Shown piece after piece: positions 62,501 to 64,000 of a DNA stretch of 64,000 nt. The number at the start of each line of letters is the position of its first letter. Position 1 is the stretch's first letter. The notes beneath the pieces were generated by a model. The model was not told where the DNA came from. It did no database searches and was given only the letters and a program-made list of their open reading frames with translations. The translations under genes were made by a program, and so were the position numbers. The DNA comes from Antedon mediterranea (Eukaryota; Animalia; Echinodermata), in the NCBI RefSeq assembly GCF_964355755.1, contig NC_092671.1, forward strand, positions 620,001 to 684,000, written 5' to 3'.

Positions 62501-64000
62501 GAAATATATTATTCCCTCACCTTTCAAGATGGTCATTCGACAGTGTCATGACGTGTCTATTCAACAATTTACGCAAGTTTCGTTTTGTTATATAACCTGT
62601 TTCATCCGGATCCATGCTTCGGAATGCGGCACTCAATGGTTTCCAATATTCCACAATCTTTTCCTTCAGGATTTCTTCTAAAGTGCTCCATGCAAGAGTA
62701 GCAGGGGCTGGGTCACTGTTGTACCGATGGGCTGAGTTTAACCACTTATGTCCCTCCTATATTACAAAAAGTTGAAAAGTAATCATGTACACTCCTCTAC
62801 TTTATATTGTTATTCATTTGTATACTGCCTTTATTTTCAAACTATATAATCATAATGGTTTTGTTTATTCATTTTCTTTTTTTAATGTCAATATTTATTC
62901 TTTTTTTAAAGGTACATATTAGCTTAAAGATCTATGCTCTACTTAGGACAGATTTTAAAATATGCATCCTCCATGTATGTATAAATTGAAGATGGCCCAA
63001 ATAGTTTAGTTTCAAAAATGAATTTAATAACAAACAATATTAAAAACAAATATTCTACTTTCCAGTGTGTCTAGTTTTTTTATTTCAATAAAAATGTTAT
63101 TCACCTCTGTTTCTCTGACTTCAAAGAGGTCTAAGAATCGATGATAGTGGATAGAATTCCTGCCATCTGCATCCAGAAGATTCATAAGAGCCTGCAACTC
63201 TTTCTCATTTAAATTTATTGTGAACTTCTTCAGAACCTTCTGAAATTCCTTCCTACTAACTTTACCATCTCGGTTCTACAGCAAAATTGTAATAAATGTT
63301 GTAAACTTTACATTTTAAATAATCTTTCACAATAATATACAAATAATGAATGTTTACGAGTCGAATATAATACACACACATTTTTATTATGTTACCCACA
63401 ATTGTCCGGAATCTATTTATGTGTTTATAATGTACCTTTACAAACGTTAAAAATAAAATGATGAAACAGTAACCCTACTCTGTGATACACTCTACGTATT
63501 TTTATAATAACTTATTTCTGTACATCTTCCTAAACCGCATATTTTTAAATTACCATTAGCCAATTTAGGACAGCACATTTTTTAACCAATTTCACAATTA
63601 GGTCATGGGAAGTTATCATGAATTCATCCAATTGGATGGTTAAACTGCTAGAATATTGCATGTGTTTACTTACATAATCAAAGACAAGGAATGCATCCTT
63701 TATTGAAGTATATCTGGTTGTAACATGTTTATGAAGCATCTTAAGGAGGTCCTTCATTTCAACATCATACTCTGCTTCCCGAATTGGATTCACTCTGCAA
63801 GGTTGTACAATCAAACATTAAATCTATAACAAAATACTCAATACAATGTTTATATTTTTAAGTCTTTTCAATAAATTGTACAATCTAGTATCGGTGATTG
63901 TTACTCACTTGTGGTTGCACTTAATTGGCAAAGTTTGTCCATTTCCTTCAATTCTTGGATTTTGGAATTTTTCTAGAAAATGTTCCCATGGAACTTTGTG
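53501..64000 (-). CDS. EFCAB6: EF-hand calcium-binding domain-containing protein 6 homologue, 3' part (18 exons in window; 5' end beyond the window)
   Basis: Phase-consistent exons: >64000-63909, 63794-63674, 63275-63105, 62756-62521, 62180-61841, 61717-61469, 61305-61070, 60724-60509, 60141-59983, 59619-59392, 57494-57299, 57056-56865, 56507-56274, 55713-55546, 55141-54970, 54590-54506, 54147-54033, 53773-53501. Many EF-hand pairs (DKNSNGVITRKE, DDDHDGLIGRDD, DTGNTGKISIKD), repeated EGHKWL.S.HR linkers, and the C-terminus LSEDEFFHLMTYYDKNLEGRISYNDFLRAYL. Confidence 0.9.
56064..56204. mobile_element. MITE family B
   Basis: taa|agctctgtctacactatcaaa ... tttgatagtgtaggcagagct|tta. Confidence 0.85.
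57551..59095. repeat. 49-bp minisatellite, ~31 copies, in an EFCAB6 intron
   Basis: Unit taaaatgttgtgttataaagtaccatagttgtttctatgtgttatagag with few variants (gtgcc, gttact). Confidence 0.98.
59211..59360 (-). mobile_element. 3'-end remnant of a LINE related to the 30946-33811 element
   Basis: ttcaattcaa...acatttatt..cgtccaa...atggatgaaggca...aagat...aatcttgtggtgggatt parallels 30971-31097. Confidence 0.65.
59780..59903. mobile_element. MITE family B, right TIR missing
   Basis: taa|agctctgtctacactatcaaaatag...gcccaaatatggtagtgatatg...tatgggcacatcacattt. Confidence 0.75.
60349..60446 (-). repeat. 98-bp intronic copy of EFCAB6 exon sequence 61538-61635
   Basis: Three substitutions relative to the source. 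Flanked by the 15-bp direct repeat ttaaatgatacaatg (60333-60347 and 60444-60458). Confidence 0.92.

Noticed and set aside
62521-62756. Possible frameshift or pseudogenisation of EFCAB6 (exon missing from the ORF track)
   Set aside because: Manual translation is open (EGHKWLNSAHRYNSDPAPATLAWSTLEE...) and phases match both neighbours.

Overview
AT-rich animal nuclear DNA with GT-AG spliceosomal genes. It is probably an invertebrate deuterostome such as an echinoderm (inference only). I assembled four protein-coding genes by hand with consistent intron phases. (1) A two-coding-exon divergent Rab GTPase (+, 5288-6874). (2) A 32-exon, ~3241-aa TRANK1 homologue (-, 36686-9721) with TPR, ankyrin, putative RelE/ParE-like, UvrD-type SF1 helicase, TPR and zinc-finger parts. 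(3) A UCP2/3-like mitochondrial uncoupling protein (-, 44648-41124) with a candidate 5'-UTR uORF. (4) The 3' part of EFCAB6 (-, beyond 64000 to 53501). Introns and spacers hold many mobile elements: Harbinger-like MITEs, a Deu/Nin-domain SINE, Rex-Babar and CR1-type LINEs, a Helitron, a Helentron-type HINE, a MULE-like foldback element, and a P-like element with two apparent excision footprints. Several minisatellites are also present. The top leads are: TRANK1 as a candidate toxin-RNase plus helicase immune effector with a perfect NF-kB palindrome upstream; a 39-bp array that multiplies one TRANK1 exon end and splice donor about 23 times and hosts a LINE with a Helitron nested inside; a UCP uORF resembling the mammalian UCP2 uORF; and a templated copy of an EFCAB6 exon segment in a downstream intron. 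No CRISPR, rRNA or tRNA genes were seen. All family assignments come from motif recognition, not database searches.
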